Positions 23,000-36,372 are shown, counted from the first letter of the stretch. The stretch: 64,000 bases of DNA from Scyliorhinus canicula (GCF_902713615.1 NW_024055441.1:310001-374000); one strand, 5' to 3'. Program-made: numbers and translations. Notes: generated by a model not told the origin, from the sequence alone.

Positions 23000-24100
23000 G
23001 CTGAGCAAGGCTAGGAGAGTGGGCAAAGAAGTGGCAGATGGAATACAATATGGAAAAGTGTGAGGTTATGCACTTTGGAAGGAGAAATGGAGGCATAGAC
23101 TATTTTCTAAATGGGAAAATGCTGAGGAAATCACAAGCACAAAGGGACTTGGGAGACCTTGTTCAAGATTCTCTTCAGGTTAACGTGCAGGTGCACTGCA
23201 GCCTCACGGCGCCGAGATCCCAGGTTCGATCTCGGCTCTGGGTCACTGTCCGTGTGGAGTTTGCACATTCTCCCCGTGTTTACGTGGGTTTCACCTCCAC
23301 AACCCAAAAATGTGCAGGGTAGGTGGATTGGCCATGCTAAATTGTCCCTTAATTGGAAAAATGAATTGGGTACTCTAAATTTTTTTTTAAATGTAAAAAC
23401 AAAAGGTTAATGTGCAGGTTCAGTCTGCAGTTAGGAAAGGCAAATGCAATCTATTCATGTCAAGAGGGCTAGAATATTGGACCAGGGATGTACTTCTGAG
23501 GATGTATAAGGCCCTGATGAGACCCAATTTGGAGTATTATGAGCAGTTTTGGGCCCCGTATCTAAGGAGGGATGTGTTGGCCTTGGAAAGTGTCCAGAGG
23601 AGGTTTACAGGAATGATCCCTGGAATGAAGAGCTTGTCGTATGAGGAACGGTTGAGGACTCTGGGTCCGTACTAGTTGGAGTGTAGAAGGATATGGGGGG
23701 TTCTTATTGAGGACACAATCTCAGACTAAAGGGCGATTCTTTAAAACAGAATAAGAAGTCTTACAACACCAGGTTAAAGTCCCAACAGGTTTGTTTTCCA
23801 CTCACTACCTTTCGGGGCACAGTTCCTTCCTCAGGCGATGAGGAGGAATTAAAACAGATGAGGAGTAATTTCTTCAGCCAGAGGGTGGTGAATCAGTGGA
23901 AGTCTTTGCCACAGAATGCCATGGAGGCCAAATCACTGAGTGTCTTTCAGGTCGAGATAGATAGTTTCTGGATTAATAAGGGGATCAGGAATTATGGGGA
24001 GAAGGCAGGAGAATGGAGATGAGAAAAATATCAGCCATGATTGAATAGCGGAGCAGATTCAATGGGCCGAGTGGCCTAATTCTGTTCCTATGTCTTATGA
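23000..24100 (+). mobile_element. CR1 LINE 3' portion with nested SINE and mini-PLE
   Basis: FNMEKCEVMHFGR-like and RPNLEY..QFWAPY motifs; SINE at 23193-23403 flanked by aggttaa(c/t)gtgcaggt. Confidence 0.85.
23751..23848 (-). mobile_element. 98-bp Penelope terminal fragment with its own 10-bp TSD
   Basis: ttaaaacaga at 23741-23750 and 23849-23858; the insert is essentially a degenerate hammerhead plus the element 3' end. Confidence 0.75.
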
Positions 24101-24479
24101 TGTGAAGAAAAACATTCTGTGCTGCATGTGGGATCATGAATGCACTGCTCGAAAATGTGGTGGAGGCAGATTCAATTGATTCCTTGAAAAGAAAATTGGA
24201 CAACTATTTGTTACTGTCAGATCAACCATGACCTTATTAAATGGTGGAGCAGACGGGGCTGAATAGCCAACTCCAGCTCCTTGCTCATCTGTTCGTATCT
24301 TTTGAGGAGAAAAATATCTGTAGAGTTCGGGGCCAATGACAGGGGATTGTGACTGTTGCAGAAAGTTGGCACAGATACAATTTGTTGAGTGCCTTTGTTT
24401 TGTGCTGTCACCTTTCTATGCCACTGTGTTATGAGGGAAATGCAGTGCACCAGTGCAAGAGAGGCAGATTGCTCCCTCG

Positions 24480-24720
24480 ATTTGGACTGGATTTATTTAT
24501 TGTCACGTGCACCGAGGTGCAGTGAAAATTATTATTCTGCGAGCAGCTCAAACAGATCATTTCGTACACGAAAAGAAAGTAAACTAAAAAGAAAATACAT
24601 AATAGGGCAACACAAGGTACACAATGTAAATATATAGACAAAGGCATTGAGTGAGCAGACAGAAGTGTGGTATTAATCAGGTCAGTCCATAAGGGGGTAG
24701 TTTAGGAGTCTGGTAATTGC
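24480..24720 (-). mobile_element. Rex1/Babar LINE 3' tail
   Basis: Reverse complement matches the 3' UTR at 53880-54067. Confidence 0.65.
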
Positions 24721-25049
24721 GGGGAATCAGAATAATGTGCTTCTGTGTTAAATAAAGTATCCAAACCTCTCATTGTGCTTCATGCCCAGCATCTTGACTA
24801 ACTCTGGATCTTCTGTTTTGCTGACTGGGAAATGGAATCTTCCTGTTTACTAATTGCTCTATGGCGGCTGCATTACCCAGAATCCCCCGCGCTGCAGAAA
24901 GTCCCCTATCAGTGAGTGTACGAGGCCAGTGCGCAGGTGCAGTGTGGGTGTGTGCTCTGAGCATGCTCAGTGTAAGTCATGGTGAGAGAGTGAGGAGGAG
25001 CTGGGTTGAACACAACAGTGAGCTGTACCCCTGTGAGAAGGGCATCTCC

Positions 25050-25540
25050 CAGTCTGTGACTCTCCTGCAGCTTCCTGTCATGGTTGAGTTGGACAAGGAA
25101 CTCTCATCATTTGAGCTGGAAAAGGCCATTGATTGCTGAGCAAGCAGAAAGGTGCCTGGCAAGGATGGAATTCCAGCTGAACTGTTCACACACAGAAAGT
25201 CCCATCGACTGTCACACCTTCCTGCCCTCCCCTTTTGGGCTGTGAGACTGGTCCATGGAACATGTGTGATGCAATAAAAACAGCAGTGACAGAGGAGACA
25301 GCATCGACTACAGGGACATCTCACTCCTTAGAGTCAGGGGAAGACCTTCACTTGGGTGATGTTTAACAGATTCATCTACTTGCAGACTGAGTTTATCCAG
25401 AAGCACACTGCGGTTTCTGTGCTGACAGATCTACAGTGAACATGATCTTCTCCACACACCAGCTACAAGAGAAGAGAACAATTGAGATTTGATCTAAAGT
25501 TTTAGTGCTGAGAAAGTGAAATGTTCTAATTACTGAGTGA
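25050..25540 (+). mobile_element. RTE-clade LINE RT fragment
   Basis: ELEKAIDC...PGKDGIPAEL and YPEAHCGF...RST.NMIFS..QLQEK motifs, broken by frameshifts. Confidence 0.7.
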
Positions 25541-26384
25541 AAGTAAACCTTTCCGTGTGAATCACAATTTACTGGAACAATTGGAAAAGACATCAAAATG
25601 TTTCAATCTCTGAAGGTAAACTTCAGCCTTGAAGTTATGTTTTGGAGCTCACAAGCTGTGGGAAGCTTTGTGAATGTTTCCTCTTCCCTTTTGTAAACAA
25701 GCAGAGAAGTTAACCCTTTCCCCTGACAGCATGGCAACAATTTGAAATAAAGACTTTGCTTTTTAAAGATTTGGCTTCATCCCATTTGAAGGGGTCATCT
25801 TTCCGGCCGTGGGAATCATTGCGGGCGGGATGGAGATTTGCTGGAACATTTTTAAAATAATAATAATCTTAAGTAGGCTTAAATTAACACTGCAGTGAAA
25901 TTACTGTGAAAAGCCCCGAGTCGCCACATTCCAGCGCCTGTTCGGGTACACAGAGGGAGAATTCAGAATGTCCAAATTACCCAACAGCATGTCTTTCGGG
26001 ACTTGTGGGAGGAAACTCACGTGCAGACTCCGCACAGACACTGACGCAAGCCGGGAATGGAACTGGGATCTGGTACTGTGAAGCAGCAGTGCTAACCACT
26101 GTGCTACTGGGCCGCCCCTTTAAAGGTCCTTTCCCTTGGGCGGGAATTTCCGGTCTGGGTTTGGGGAGGTGGGGGAGTGTGACCGGAAAATCCCACCCGT
26201 TATCTTTCAATATAAAATTCTTGGGAATGGGAAATGAGGGAGTTATCTCCGAGCTGATTGGAAATACCTGGACCTGTGTCTCTGAATGTCCCACTTAGAA
26301 TAAAAGAGAAAAGTCACACCATCAAATGGGAATTGGAATAACTCAGCCTGGGTATAGTTCAATAGAATAGATCAATCTATCAGT

Positions 26385-26640
26385 GGGAGTTAATGGGCTG
26401 GGGGTAAAGTCACTGGACTAGTCGGCCAGGACAGTGCTCTGGCGACATGGGTTCAAACCCCATCATAGTCACTGGTGGAATTTAAATTCAGTGAATGGAA
26501 GCTGGTCTGAGTTACCATCTGGTTCAGTAATGATTCTGGTGTCCTTACCTGGTCTGGCTGAATCCTCAGTGAGGTGGCTGACTCTGAAATGGTCTTAAGG
26601 CAATTAGCGATGGCCACATCTCATGAAAAAATACTTTTTT
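26385..26640 (+). mobile_element. Old tRNA-derived SINE (LF-SINE-like)
   Basis: gtcactggactagt...catgggttcaaaccc...ggtggaatttaaattca...ccatctggttca...gtccttacctggtctggc. Confidence 0.45.
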
Positions 26641-27439
26641 AAATAGTGACATCCAGGTACATCCCAGTACATGAAAATAGTCAATCTCTGGTGATGTTTG
26701 TACCTTTGCCTCTGCACCTTTTAACAAAACTATGTTTGATAGTCTGGCTACTACCTGAGGCGTTGCACCATGCAGGGGGTGGGGGGGGGGGGGGGGGGGG
26801 GAGAGATAGGTCAAGATCTTGAGACAGGCACCACTGCCCGCACTGTGAGTGTGCAGATGTGATTTGTTACATATGGAGTAACTGACATGTGAGCCTGCAA
26901 TGAATAATAATAATCGCTTATTGTCACAAGTCAGCTTCAATGAATTACTGTGAAAAGCCCCTAGTCACCACATTCTGCCGCCTGTTCGGGGAGGCCGGTA
27001 CGGGAATTGAACCCGCGCTGCTGGCATTGTTCTGCATTATAAGCCATTTGTTTAGCTCACTGGAGATACTAACCAGGGACCAGTAAACCATTCCGAGGAG
27101 ATTGTCACCTCCAGCCCCGGAGATCAGCATCTCACCTCGAGCCACTCAGTATCCCCCTGATGTGGGTCCAGTAAACTGGTTTGTGATGCAGAGCCAGGCC
27201 AACAGTGTGGGTTCAATTCCTGTACCGGCTGATCCAGGGTCATATAAATTCTATGTCTATATGTCTTTTCTGTCTATTTAGCTGATGCATTAAATCAAAA
27301 CTGTTGCTCCTTAATCAACTGTTTTGAAATCACCTATGATTTCGATCCCCTTTTTGGATAATCTGTGACTCCCGGACACTTGTCCGTGAGAGTAAGGGAA
27401 GGTCTGAGAACTGAAATAATCCAGAGTAATGATGAGGTG

Positions 27440-27881
27440 TTAGTGGTGGCTCAGTGGTTACATTCTTATCTCTGAGTCAGGAGGTTGTGGGTTCAAATCC
27501 ACCTCCAGAAACATGAGCATCAAATCCAGGTTGATATTCTGATGCAGTCCTGAGGGAGCATTGCGCTGTCAGAGGTCCCATCTTCCAGATCAGACCTTTA
27601 ACTCTGGCCCCATCTGCCCTCAGTTGGGTGTAAACGTTCCCATGGTGTTATTCCAAAGAGCAGGGGAGATCTCCCTGGTTTACTGCGTAATATTCATCCC
27701 TCAACAAACATCACTGAACAGATTCTCTGGTCACAATCACATTTCTGTTTGTGGGATCTTTCTATGCACATTTGATGACTGTATTTCCTACATTACAACA
27801 GTGACTACACTTCAAAAGAACCTCATTGGCTGTAAAGGGACATCCTGAAGTTGTAAAAGGCGCTACATAAATACAAATCTT
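27440..27881 (+). mobile_element. Deu-domain SINE (SacSINE1/AmnSINE1-like)
   Basis: tRNA head, then tttcctacattacaacagtgactacacttcaaaa...cattggctgtaaag...aaaggcgctacataaat. Confidence 0.8.
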
Positions 27882-28319
27882 CCATTAACAAAGGAGAAAA
27901 GACCCAACAATGGAACAGTCGGTAACAGGACATCAATCAGTCTCCTCTTATCTTAGAGAAATCAAGGATTCCAACACTGTGTGTTTGACACAAAGCTGAT
28001 TTAATTCATCTCTATCCAGAACATTAAACTCCAATTACAGGGATTATTTATTTATTTAAAAATAAAAACATTCATAGAGTACCCAATTCATTTTTTCGAA
28101 TTGAGGGACAATTTAGCACGGCCAATCCATCTTCCTGCACATCTTTGGGTTGTGGGGGCAAAACCTACACAAACACAGGGAGAATGTGCAAACTTCACAC
28201 GAACAGTGACCCAGAACCGGGATCGAACCTGGGACCTCGGCACCATGAGGCAGCAGTGCTAACCACTGTGCCACCGTGCTGTGCCCCAGTTACAAGGATT
28301 ATTAACATCAACTGAAACA

Positions 28320-28535
28320 AACTCTAACTGTCAGAATGAACATGGTTCAGTCCTGGATGTGATTCATGGCAACAAGAACAGAACATTTTGCCTTTGAAGC
28401 TCTTCTCACAGGCAGAATATTTAAAAGGTCTCGTGTCAGAGTGAACACGTTGGTGTGAAGTGAGGTGGGTGGATTGAGCGTATCCCTTCCCACACTCAAG
28501 GCAGGTGAATGGTCTCTGCCCAGTGTGAACGTGCT
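28320..28535 (-). pseudogene. ZNF 3' relic (about 1.5 fingers)
   Basis: [39 protein letters not shown] plus the family 3' UTR motif (atcacatccaggactgaaccatg). Confidence 0.75.
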
Positions 28536-29084
28536 ATAATTGGCCTTCAGTGTACAAAGTTGAAGTGGCGTTACGGGGAGAGGGAAGGGAAAGTGCACCT
28601 GGGTGGGGTGCTCTTTTGTAGGGTTGGTGCAAACTTGATGGGCCGAATGGCCTCCTTCTGCACTGTAGAGATTCGATGTTGCTGCCAGAACTGTTTAGTT
28701 AATCTAGCATTTCCTGTATATTACACACATTTTTAATCCACTAATTATATTTATTGAATCACTACACCATCAACTATGAGGAGCAGTGTGTTGATGTTTC
28801 AGCTATTCCGGGCTCGGGTGACAGTGTGGAGTTTGCACAATCTCCCATTTCTGCGGGGTTCCCTCCGGGTGCTCGAGTATTCTCCCACAGTCCAAAGATG
28901 TGCAAATTAGGTGGATTGGCCACACTAAATATCGCCTTAGTGTCCAAACAAAGGTTAGGTGGTGTTACTGGGTACGGGGATAGGGTGGAGGCATGGGCTT
29001 AAGAGGGGTGCTCATTCTGAGAGCCGGTGCAGGCTCGATGGGCCAAATGGCCTATTTTTGCACTGTAAATTGTTTTACTTTCTC

Positions 29085-29455
29085 TCCCACAGTCTGACCC
29101 AGTGGGTCTGTCTGGTATTATTTCCCTGGCACTGTCTATGTGTTTGGATGTTTGGGTATTTTGGGGAGCAGGTAGAACTTCCTTGGTTCTACCTCTTGTC
29201 CCCTGTTGTTTTTGGTTAATGTGTCTGGAGTCTTTGAGTTCTTCCAGTCAGTCTCCAATTCTCCTTCCTGTCTCGGGTATATTGGTCTAGGTAGCTTGGT
29301 GTTGTTTAGTTGTCTGTCTCCAGCAGGTATTGTTGTCTCTCGACAATGACTGTGCTGCTACCCTTGTCTTCTGGTCTTATGAACATATCCGTGTTGGATT
29401 CAAGCTCGCGGATTGTCTGTCTTTCTCTCCGGGTAAGATTTTGTTTGTCTCTTGT
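29085..29455 (-). mobile_element. Penelope-like element RT N-terminal fragment
   Basis: NLTRRERQTIRELESNTDMFIRPEDKGSSTVIV and PRKFYLLPKI motifs, with frameshifts. Confidence 0.75.
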
Positions 29456-29894
29456 ATTTCACTGTGACAGGGCAGAGACCTGATTGAAGGATCCAAACAT
29501 GGGAATTCTGGGAAAGATGGTCAAGGATTTATCATAGATATCATAGAATTTGCAGTGCAGAAGGAGGCCATTCAGCCCATCGAGTCTGCACCGGCTCTTG
29601 GAAAGAGCACCCTACCCAAGGTCAACACCTCCACCCTATCCCCATAACACAGCAGCCCCACCCAACACTAGGGGCAATTTTGGACACTCCGGGCAATTTA
29701 TCACGGCCAATCCACCGAACCTGCACATCTTCGGACTCTGGGAGGAAACCGGAGCACCCGGAGGAAACCCACGCACACATGGGGAGGATGTACAGACTCC
29801 GCACAGACAGTGACCCAAGCCGAAATCGAACCTGGGACTCTGGAGCTGTGAAGCAATTGTGCTATTCACAAGGCTACCGTGTTGCCCCCTGGGA

Positions 29895-30380
29895 GGTGAC
29901 AACATGTTCAAATGATTTGGAGAGGAGAGGGAGGTTGAAGATGGGGCAGTAATTTGTAAGGATGGAAGGGTCAAGGGTTTGTTTTATTGAGGAGGGGGTG
30001 ATGATGGCAGATTTGAAGGACAGAGGGACAGGGCCTGAAGAGAGAGAAATGTTGACAATATCCATGGACACAGGGTAGTTGGCTGATCAGTAGCTCAGTG
30101 GGAATAGGGTCGATGTAGCAGGAGCTGGGTCTCATGGACAAGATGAGCTCTGAGAGGGCATGAGGGGAGATGGGAGAGAAACTAGAGAAAGATGTGGGTT
30201 CAGGGCTTGGGAAAGGATGAAATTTCGAGACAGTTTGGTCCGGTGGGCTCGTAGAAGGGAGGGAAGCAGCAGAGGCAGCTGATCGGATTGACTCAATCTC
30301 AGTCACAAACAAGCTCCACAAGCTCCTCACACTTCTTGTTCGAGGTGAGGATGGAAGAGACAGGGGAGAGCGAGAGTACT
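29895..30380 (-). mobile_element. L2 LINE ORF2 fragment
   Basis: IDPIPTELL...IVNISLSSG.VP..FKSAIITP...LDP..L.NY.PI.NLP.LSK. Confidence 0.8.
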
Positions 30381-30577
30381 TCAAAAGGAACAAACCTGTG
30401 TCAGAGATATTAAAAAGTTTCAACACACTGCGTATTTAACACAAATCTAATTTATTTGACTTTTAGCCAGAATGTTAGCCCCTGTAAATGGGCTGGAGTT
30501 TGTCATCAGCAGAAAGAGACCCAAACGAACATGGTTCAGTCCTGAATGTGAGTAACAGCAAAATCCAATCACTGCAG

Positions 30578-31195
30578 TTACTTGTGGCCTCGCTGGTGTC
30601 TCAGGAGGTGGGATGAAGTGGCGAATCCCTTCCCACACTCTGAGCAGGTGAACGGTCTCTCTCCAGTGTGAATCCGCTGGTGCTTCCGCAATGCGGATGA
30701 CTCAGTGAATCCCTTCCCACACTTGGAGCAGGTGAACGGCCTCTCCCCAGTGTGAATTCGCTGGTGCTTCTGCAAGTTGAATGACTGAGTGAATCCCTTC
30801 CCACACTTGGAGCAGGTGAATGGCCTCTCCCCAGTGTGAATCCGCTCATGTACAGTGAGGTGAGATGATCGCCTGAACCCAGTCCCGCAGTGAGAGCACC
30901 TGAACGGTCTCTCGTCAGTGTGAACACGTTGATGGTGCATCAGTTCCCCAGAACTTTTATAGCACTTCCCGCAGTCTGGGCATTGAAATGGTCTCTCATC
31001 AGTGTGACTGCGTTGATGAGTTTCCAACTTGGATGGGTAAGTGAATCCTTTCCCACAGTCCGCACATTTCCACAGTTTCTCCTCAGTGTGACTGCATTTG
31101 TGGCTTGTGAGGCCTGATGATAGAGTGAATCCTCGACCACACACACAAATCAAGTACGGGTTCTCCCCACTGTCAATGATGCTTTTTTCTTCCAT
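30578..31195 (-). CDS. C2H2 zinc-finger protein E, 205 aa, 6 canonical fingers plus one degenerate
   Basis: Acceptor at 31302/31301; MEEKS start at 31195; uninterrupted frame to the stop at 30578. Confidence 0.8.
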   Translation of the reverse strand: MEEKSIIDSGENPYLICVCGRGFTLSSGLTSHKCSHTEEKLWKCADCGKGFTYPSKLETHQRSHTDERPFQCPDCGKCYKSSGELMHHQRVHTDERPFRCSHCGTGFRRSSHLTVHERIHTGERPFTCSKCGKGFTQSFNLQKHQRIHTGERPFTCSKCGKGFTESSALRKHQRIHTGERPFTCSECGKGFATSSHLLRHQRGHK

Positions 31196-32734
31196 ATTCA
31201 AAATTCGCTGATATTCAGGATATGATAAATTGAGGGCTGTCAGATCCTGATGTGATTCTTGGTTTGAGTTTCCGGACTTTGAAGGCACCCCTTCGAACAC
31301 CCTGTGAAACTGATTTAAAATAGAAAATAGGGAGTGAGAGAGAACCCACAAAAACACAAAGGCAGGTTGTGAAATTGAGCTGAATGAATCTGGTCATTTG
31401 TGAGGCCGGCACTGGGGAAAAGGTGACCATGAAAACTGCTGGATTGTTGTAAAATCCCAACTGGGAGGAAAGAGAAAGAGGCAAAGAAGGATTTTGTATA
31501 TCTACAAGACATATTAAGAGAGTAGATGGCAAAGCAAATTTGATTTTGAGCTTCATAAACAGTCATATTGATACCAGAACGATGCTTCTGGTGGCACAGT
31601 GATTAGCACTGCTGCCTCACAGCACCAGGGACCCGGATTCAATTCCGGCCTTGGTGACTGTGTGGTGTTTGCATTTTCTCCCAGTGTCTGCGTGGGTTTC
31701 AACCCGGTGCTCTGGTTTCCTCCAACAGTCTAAAGAAAAGCAAATTAGGTGGATTGGCCTTGATAAATTGTCACTTAGTGTCCAGGGATGTGCAGGTTAG
31801 ATGGGGCTATGGGGTTACAGGGACAGGGTAGGGGTGTGGGACCTAGGCAGGGTGCCCTTTCAGAGAATCAGTGCAGACTCGATGGGCCGAATGGCCTCCT
31901 GCACTGTCGGAATTCTATGGTTCTAATTCTATTCTATGAATCTTTATAAAGCTCTGGTCACCACTCTTCAGGAAGGATGTGAAGGTTCTTGGAGAAGGTG
32001 CAGAGGAGATTTACCAGAATAGTTCCAGCAAAGGAGGTTGAGGGGAGATTTGATTCAGGGACACAAGATTATGCCAGATTTCCATCGGGTGGACAAAGAA
32101 ACTCTGTTTCCATTCACTGATCGTACAAGCAGACGGGACACAGATTTAAAGTTTTGGGTAAAACCTGGATTGAACGATTTTAGATCCTGAGGGGTCTTGA
32201 CAGGCTGGATGTGGAGAGGATGTTTCCTCTTGTGGGAGAATCTGGAACCAGGGGGTCACTGTTGCAAAATAAGGGGTCAGCCATTTCAGATGGAGATAAG
32301 GACTTTTTATTCTCTTGAGGGTTGTAAGACTTGGGAACTCCCGTCCTAAAAAGGCAGTGGAAGCAGAGTCCTTGAATATTTTTAACGCCGAGCTGGATAG
32401 ATTCTGGATGAGCAAGGGGGTGAAAGGTTATCAGGGGTAGGCAGGAATGTGGCATTGAAGTTAGAATGAGATCAGCCGCAATCTTATTGAATGCTGAGCA
32501 GGCTCGAGGGGCCGAGTTAGCACTGCTACCTCACTGCACCAGAGACCTGGGTTCAATTCCTACACTGACTGTGCGGAGTTTGCACTTTCTCCCCGTGTCT
32601 GTGTGGGTTTCCTCCGGGTGCTCCGGTTTCCTCCCAGTTCAAAGATGTGCAGGTTAGGTTGAATCGGTTAGGATTGTATTCGCTGGAGTTCAGAAGAATG
32701 AGGGGGATCTCATAGAAACCTATAAAAAGTGGGT

Positions 32735-33320
32735 GGCACGGTGGTGCAGTGGTTAGCACTGGTGCCTCATGTCACCAAGGACTCATAGAACATAGAACAG
32801 TACAGCACAGAACAGGCCCTTCGGCCCTCGATGTTGTGCCGAGCAATGATCACCCTACTCAAGCCAACGTATCCACCCTATACCCGTAACCCAACAACCC
32901 CCCCCATTAACCTTATTTTTTAGGACACGAAGGGCAATTTAGCATGGCCAATCCACCTAACCCGCACATCTTTGGACTGTGGGTGGAAACCGGAGCACCC
33001 GGAGGAAACCCACGCACACACGGGGAGGACGTGCAGACTCCGCACAGACAGTGACCCAGCCGGGAATCGAACCTGGGACCCTGGAGCTGTGAAGCATTTA
33101 TGCTAACTGAAGCATTTATGCTAACTGAAGCATTTATGCTAACTAAGGTTCGATCAGGTTCGATCCCTGCCCCGGGTCACTGTCTGTGTGGAGTTTGCAC
33201 CTTCTCCCCGTGTTTGCGTGGGTCTCACCCCACAAATCCAAAGATGTGCAGGGTAGGTAGATTGGCCACGCTAAAACTGCCCCTTAATTGCAAAAAATAA
33301 ATTGGGCTCTCTAATTTATG
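32735..33320. mobile_element. SINE nested in SINE
   Basis: A plus-strand SINE (32735-32784 and 33145-33320) is split by a minus-strand SINE (32785-33144). Confidence 0.75.
33091..33144. repeat. 18-bp tandem triplication
   Basis: gaagcatttatgctaact x3, exact. Confidence 0.95.
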
Positions 33321-33329
33321 TTTAAAAAA

Positions 33330-33690
33330 AAAATAGGGCAAGACAGAGTAGATTCAGGAAGGATGTTCCCGATAGTGGCTGAGTCCAAAAATAGGGGTCA
33401 CAGTCTGAGGATACGGGGCAGACCATTTAGGACGGAGATGAGGAGAAATTTCTTCACCCAGAGAGTGGAGAGTCTGTGGAATTTGTCACTACAGGAACTA
33501 ATTAAAGCCAAACATTGCATGTTTTCATGAAGTAGTTTGATGCAGCACTTCGGATAAAGGGGATCAAAGGATACGGGGGGAAAGCGGGATTAGGCTATTG
33601 AGCTGAATCCGCTCTGATCGCAATGAATGGTGGAGCCGGCTTGAAGGGCCGAATGGCCTCCTGCTTCTATTTTCTATGTTGCTCCGTATC
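33330..33690 (+). mobile_element. CR1 LINE 3' end
   Basis: GHSLRIRGRPFRTEMRRNFFTQRV motif and tail. Confidence 0.85.
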
Positions 33691-34659
33691 TATGCATGTA
33701 AATGGTCCAGGAGGTATGAGGAAGAATGTTTTTACACAGTCAGTGGCAACGACCTTAAACTTGCTGCCTATAACAGTGTTTGGAAGTAGATACAATAAAA
33801 AAAATTTAAAAAATAAATTGGATAGAAACCCGAGAGAAATAAACATGTGAGGATACAGAGACAGAGCAGGAGAGTGACTCTGACTGGATTGCTCCAGATA
33901 ATAATATTTATTAGTGTCACATTAGGCTGACATTAACACTGCAATGAAGTTACTGTGAAAATCCCCGAGTCGTAACACTCCGGCGCCTGTTCAGGTACAC
34001 AGAGCGAGAATTCAGGATGTCCAATTCACCTAACAAGCAGGTCTTTTGGCAATTGTGGGAGGAAACCGGAGCACTCAAGAGGAACCCCACGCAGCCACGG
34101 GGAGAACGTGCAGACTCCGCACAAACAGTGACCCAAGCCGGGAATCGAACCCGGGTCCCTGGTGCTGTGAAGCAACAATGCTAACCACTGTGCCGATTAG
34201 AGAGCTAGCATGGACTCAATGGACCGAATGCCCCTCTGCTCATAATGACTAACATTTTTTGTTTTTCTAAATTTTTAAAATAGATTTAGAGTACCCAATT
34301 CATTTTTTCCAATCCACCTACCCTGGGCTGTGAGGGCGAAACACACGCAAACAATGTGCAAACTGCACATGGACAGTGACCCAGAGCTGGGATCGAACCT
34401 GCGACCTCGGCGCTGTGAGGCAGCAGGGCTACCAGGGACCTCGGCGCCGTGAGGCAGCAGTGCTACTCACTGTACCACCGTGCTGCCAGCTGACTCTGAC
34501 ATTTTTGTCTAATCTCGCCTTGTAATTTAACCCAACCCCGGGGGGGTTCAGATATCACTCAGATAAATCTGTGCTACACTCCCTCCGAGGCCATTCTATC
34601 CTTCCTCAGGATTGTTGCCCAGAACTGAACACAGTTCTCCAGATTTGGTCTGACCAGGG

Positions 34660-34853
34660 TTTGTGAATCTCGGGGCTTTTCCAGTCACACTGAGTCCTGA
34701 AATCTTCCCTCACAGACAGAACAGACAAACCTTTTACCTTCCACACCCAGATGCTGCTGAAATTCAGGTTCTTATGAATCGAGTGACTCTGTCAGATCGC
34801 GATGTGACGTTTGGTTTGCGTTTCCCATCTGTTAAACCTCCACTTCCAGTATC
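34660..34853 (-). pseudogene. ZNF exon 5' relic without fingers
   Basis: Acceptor at 34854/34853, then the family 5' leader, truncated by CR1 sequence. Confidence 0.6.
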
Positions 34854-35944
34854 CTGTAAATTTACAGAAACCTCACTGTCAGTTTAGGATAGATAGTCAC
34901 AACATTCTCTCCTCACCAACTTTGATTAAATGTATTCCTGGAGGTTTGATCACATGACCTGTCACCATCCTGGATGGTGGTTTAACACACTGGGCTAAAT
35001 CGCTGGCTTTGAAAGCAGACCAAGGCAGGCCAGCAGCACGGTTCAATTCCCATACCAGCCTGCCCGAACAGGCGTCGGAATGTGGCGACTAGGGACTTTT
35101 CACAGTAACTTCATTGAAGCCTACTCATGACAATAAGCAACTTTCATTTTCATTTCATTTCCTCCGGCCATTAATCGGTCAACTCATCCATCCTTGTGAC
35201 ACACTGCCTTCCTTGGCCAATTGAGAGGCAAAAGGACTCCTGACCGACCAGGAAAATGTTTGACTTGGGCAGCACGGTGGTGCAGTGGTTAGCATTGCTG
35301 TCTCACGGCCCTGTGGTCACAGGTTTGCTCCGGGTCACTGACCGTGTGGAGTTTGCACATTTCACCCCCAAAACCCAAAGATGTGCAGGTTAGGTGGATT
35401 GGCTACGCTAAATTGCCCTTTAATTTGAAAAACTGAATTGGGAATTCTAAATTTATTTTAAAAAAGTAAAAAAGATTGACTGTCAGCCAAACAACCTTTA
35501 TCCCATTTTCAATATTTTTATATCCGCTGAGGAGAAATGTTCAAAAGTATTTTTTACTGTCCTAATGACCCAAAATTAATATCTTTACTGTCCAATTCAT
35601 GTTCCAGAGTGACAAAAATATTTTGTACTGTCCCAATGATCTTCCAGGCACCCAGGTATGGATCTCACCAAGGCAGAAGGTAAAATTTGAATTCATTGAA
35701 AGTTTACTTTTTAAAAATAAATTGAGTGTACCCAATTCATTGTCACGGGACGCCCGTCCATCCGCTGTCACAGCGTCTGCATGGTCTCGCCAATGTACCA
35801 CGCTTCGGGAGCTTATTGGGGGTTTGTGAATCCTCCCCGCCCACCTGCCAGGGTTTCCTTCCCAGGCAGGAATGTTCCCTTCCAGTCGGGGAACACTTCA
35901 GCAGTCAAGGGCATTGAGCCTCTGATCTCCGGGTAAGCATTCTA

Positions 35945-36372
35945 AGGCAGCCTTTAGGATGCGCGACAACGCAGAATCGCCGAGCAGACTTATAGCCAAG
36001 TCCCGCACACATGTGTACGGCCTCAACCGGGACCTTGGATTCATGTCACATTACATTCAACCCCCACCATCTGGCCTGGGCTTGCGAAATGCTACCAACT
36101 GTCCAGGCTTGAGACAATTCACACCTCTTTAACCTGGATTCCCCCTCTCTCTGGATCTGTCAAGACTTAATTACCTGCAAATGTTCGCATTCAAAACATT
36201 GTCTGGCATCTTTGACTTTCCCTATGTATATATTTCTGGAACATACCTCTTCATTCACCTGAGGAAGGAGCAGTGCTACAAAAGCTAGTGATTTGAAACA
36301 AACCTATTGGACATTAACCTGGTGTCAGATTTCTTACTGAGCTCACCCCAGTCCAACACCGGCATCTCCACA
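35945..36372 (+). mobile_element. Penelope-like element 3' unit
   Basis: RRIAEQ.L...GLNRDLGFMSHY motif; hammerhead GAAA mutated to AAAA at 36256-36290. Confidence 0.75.
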
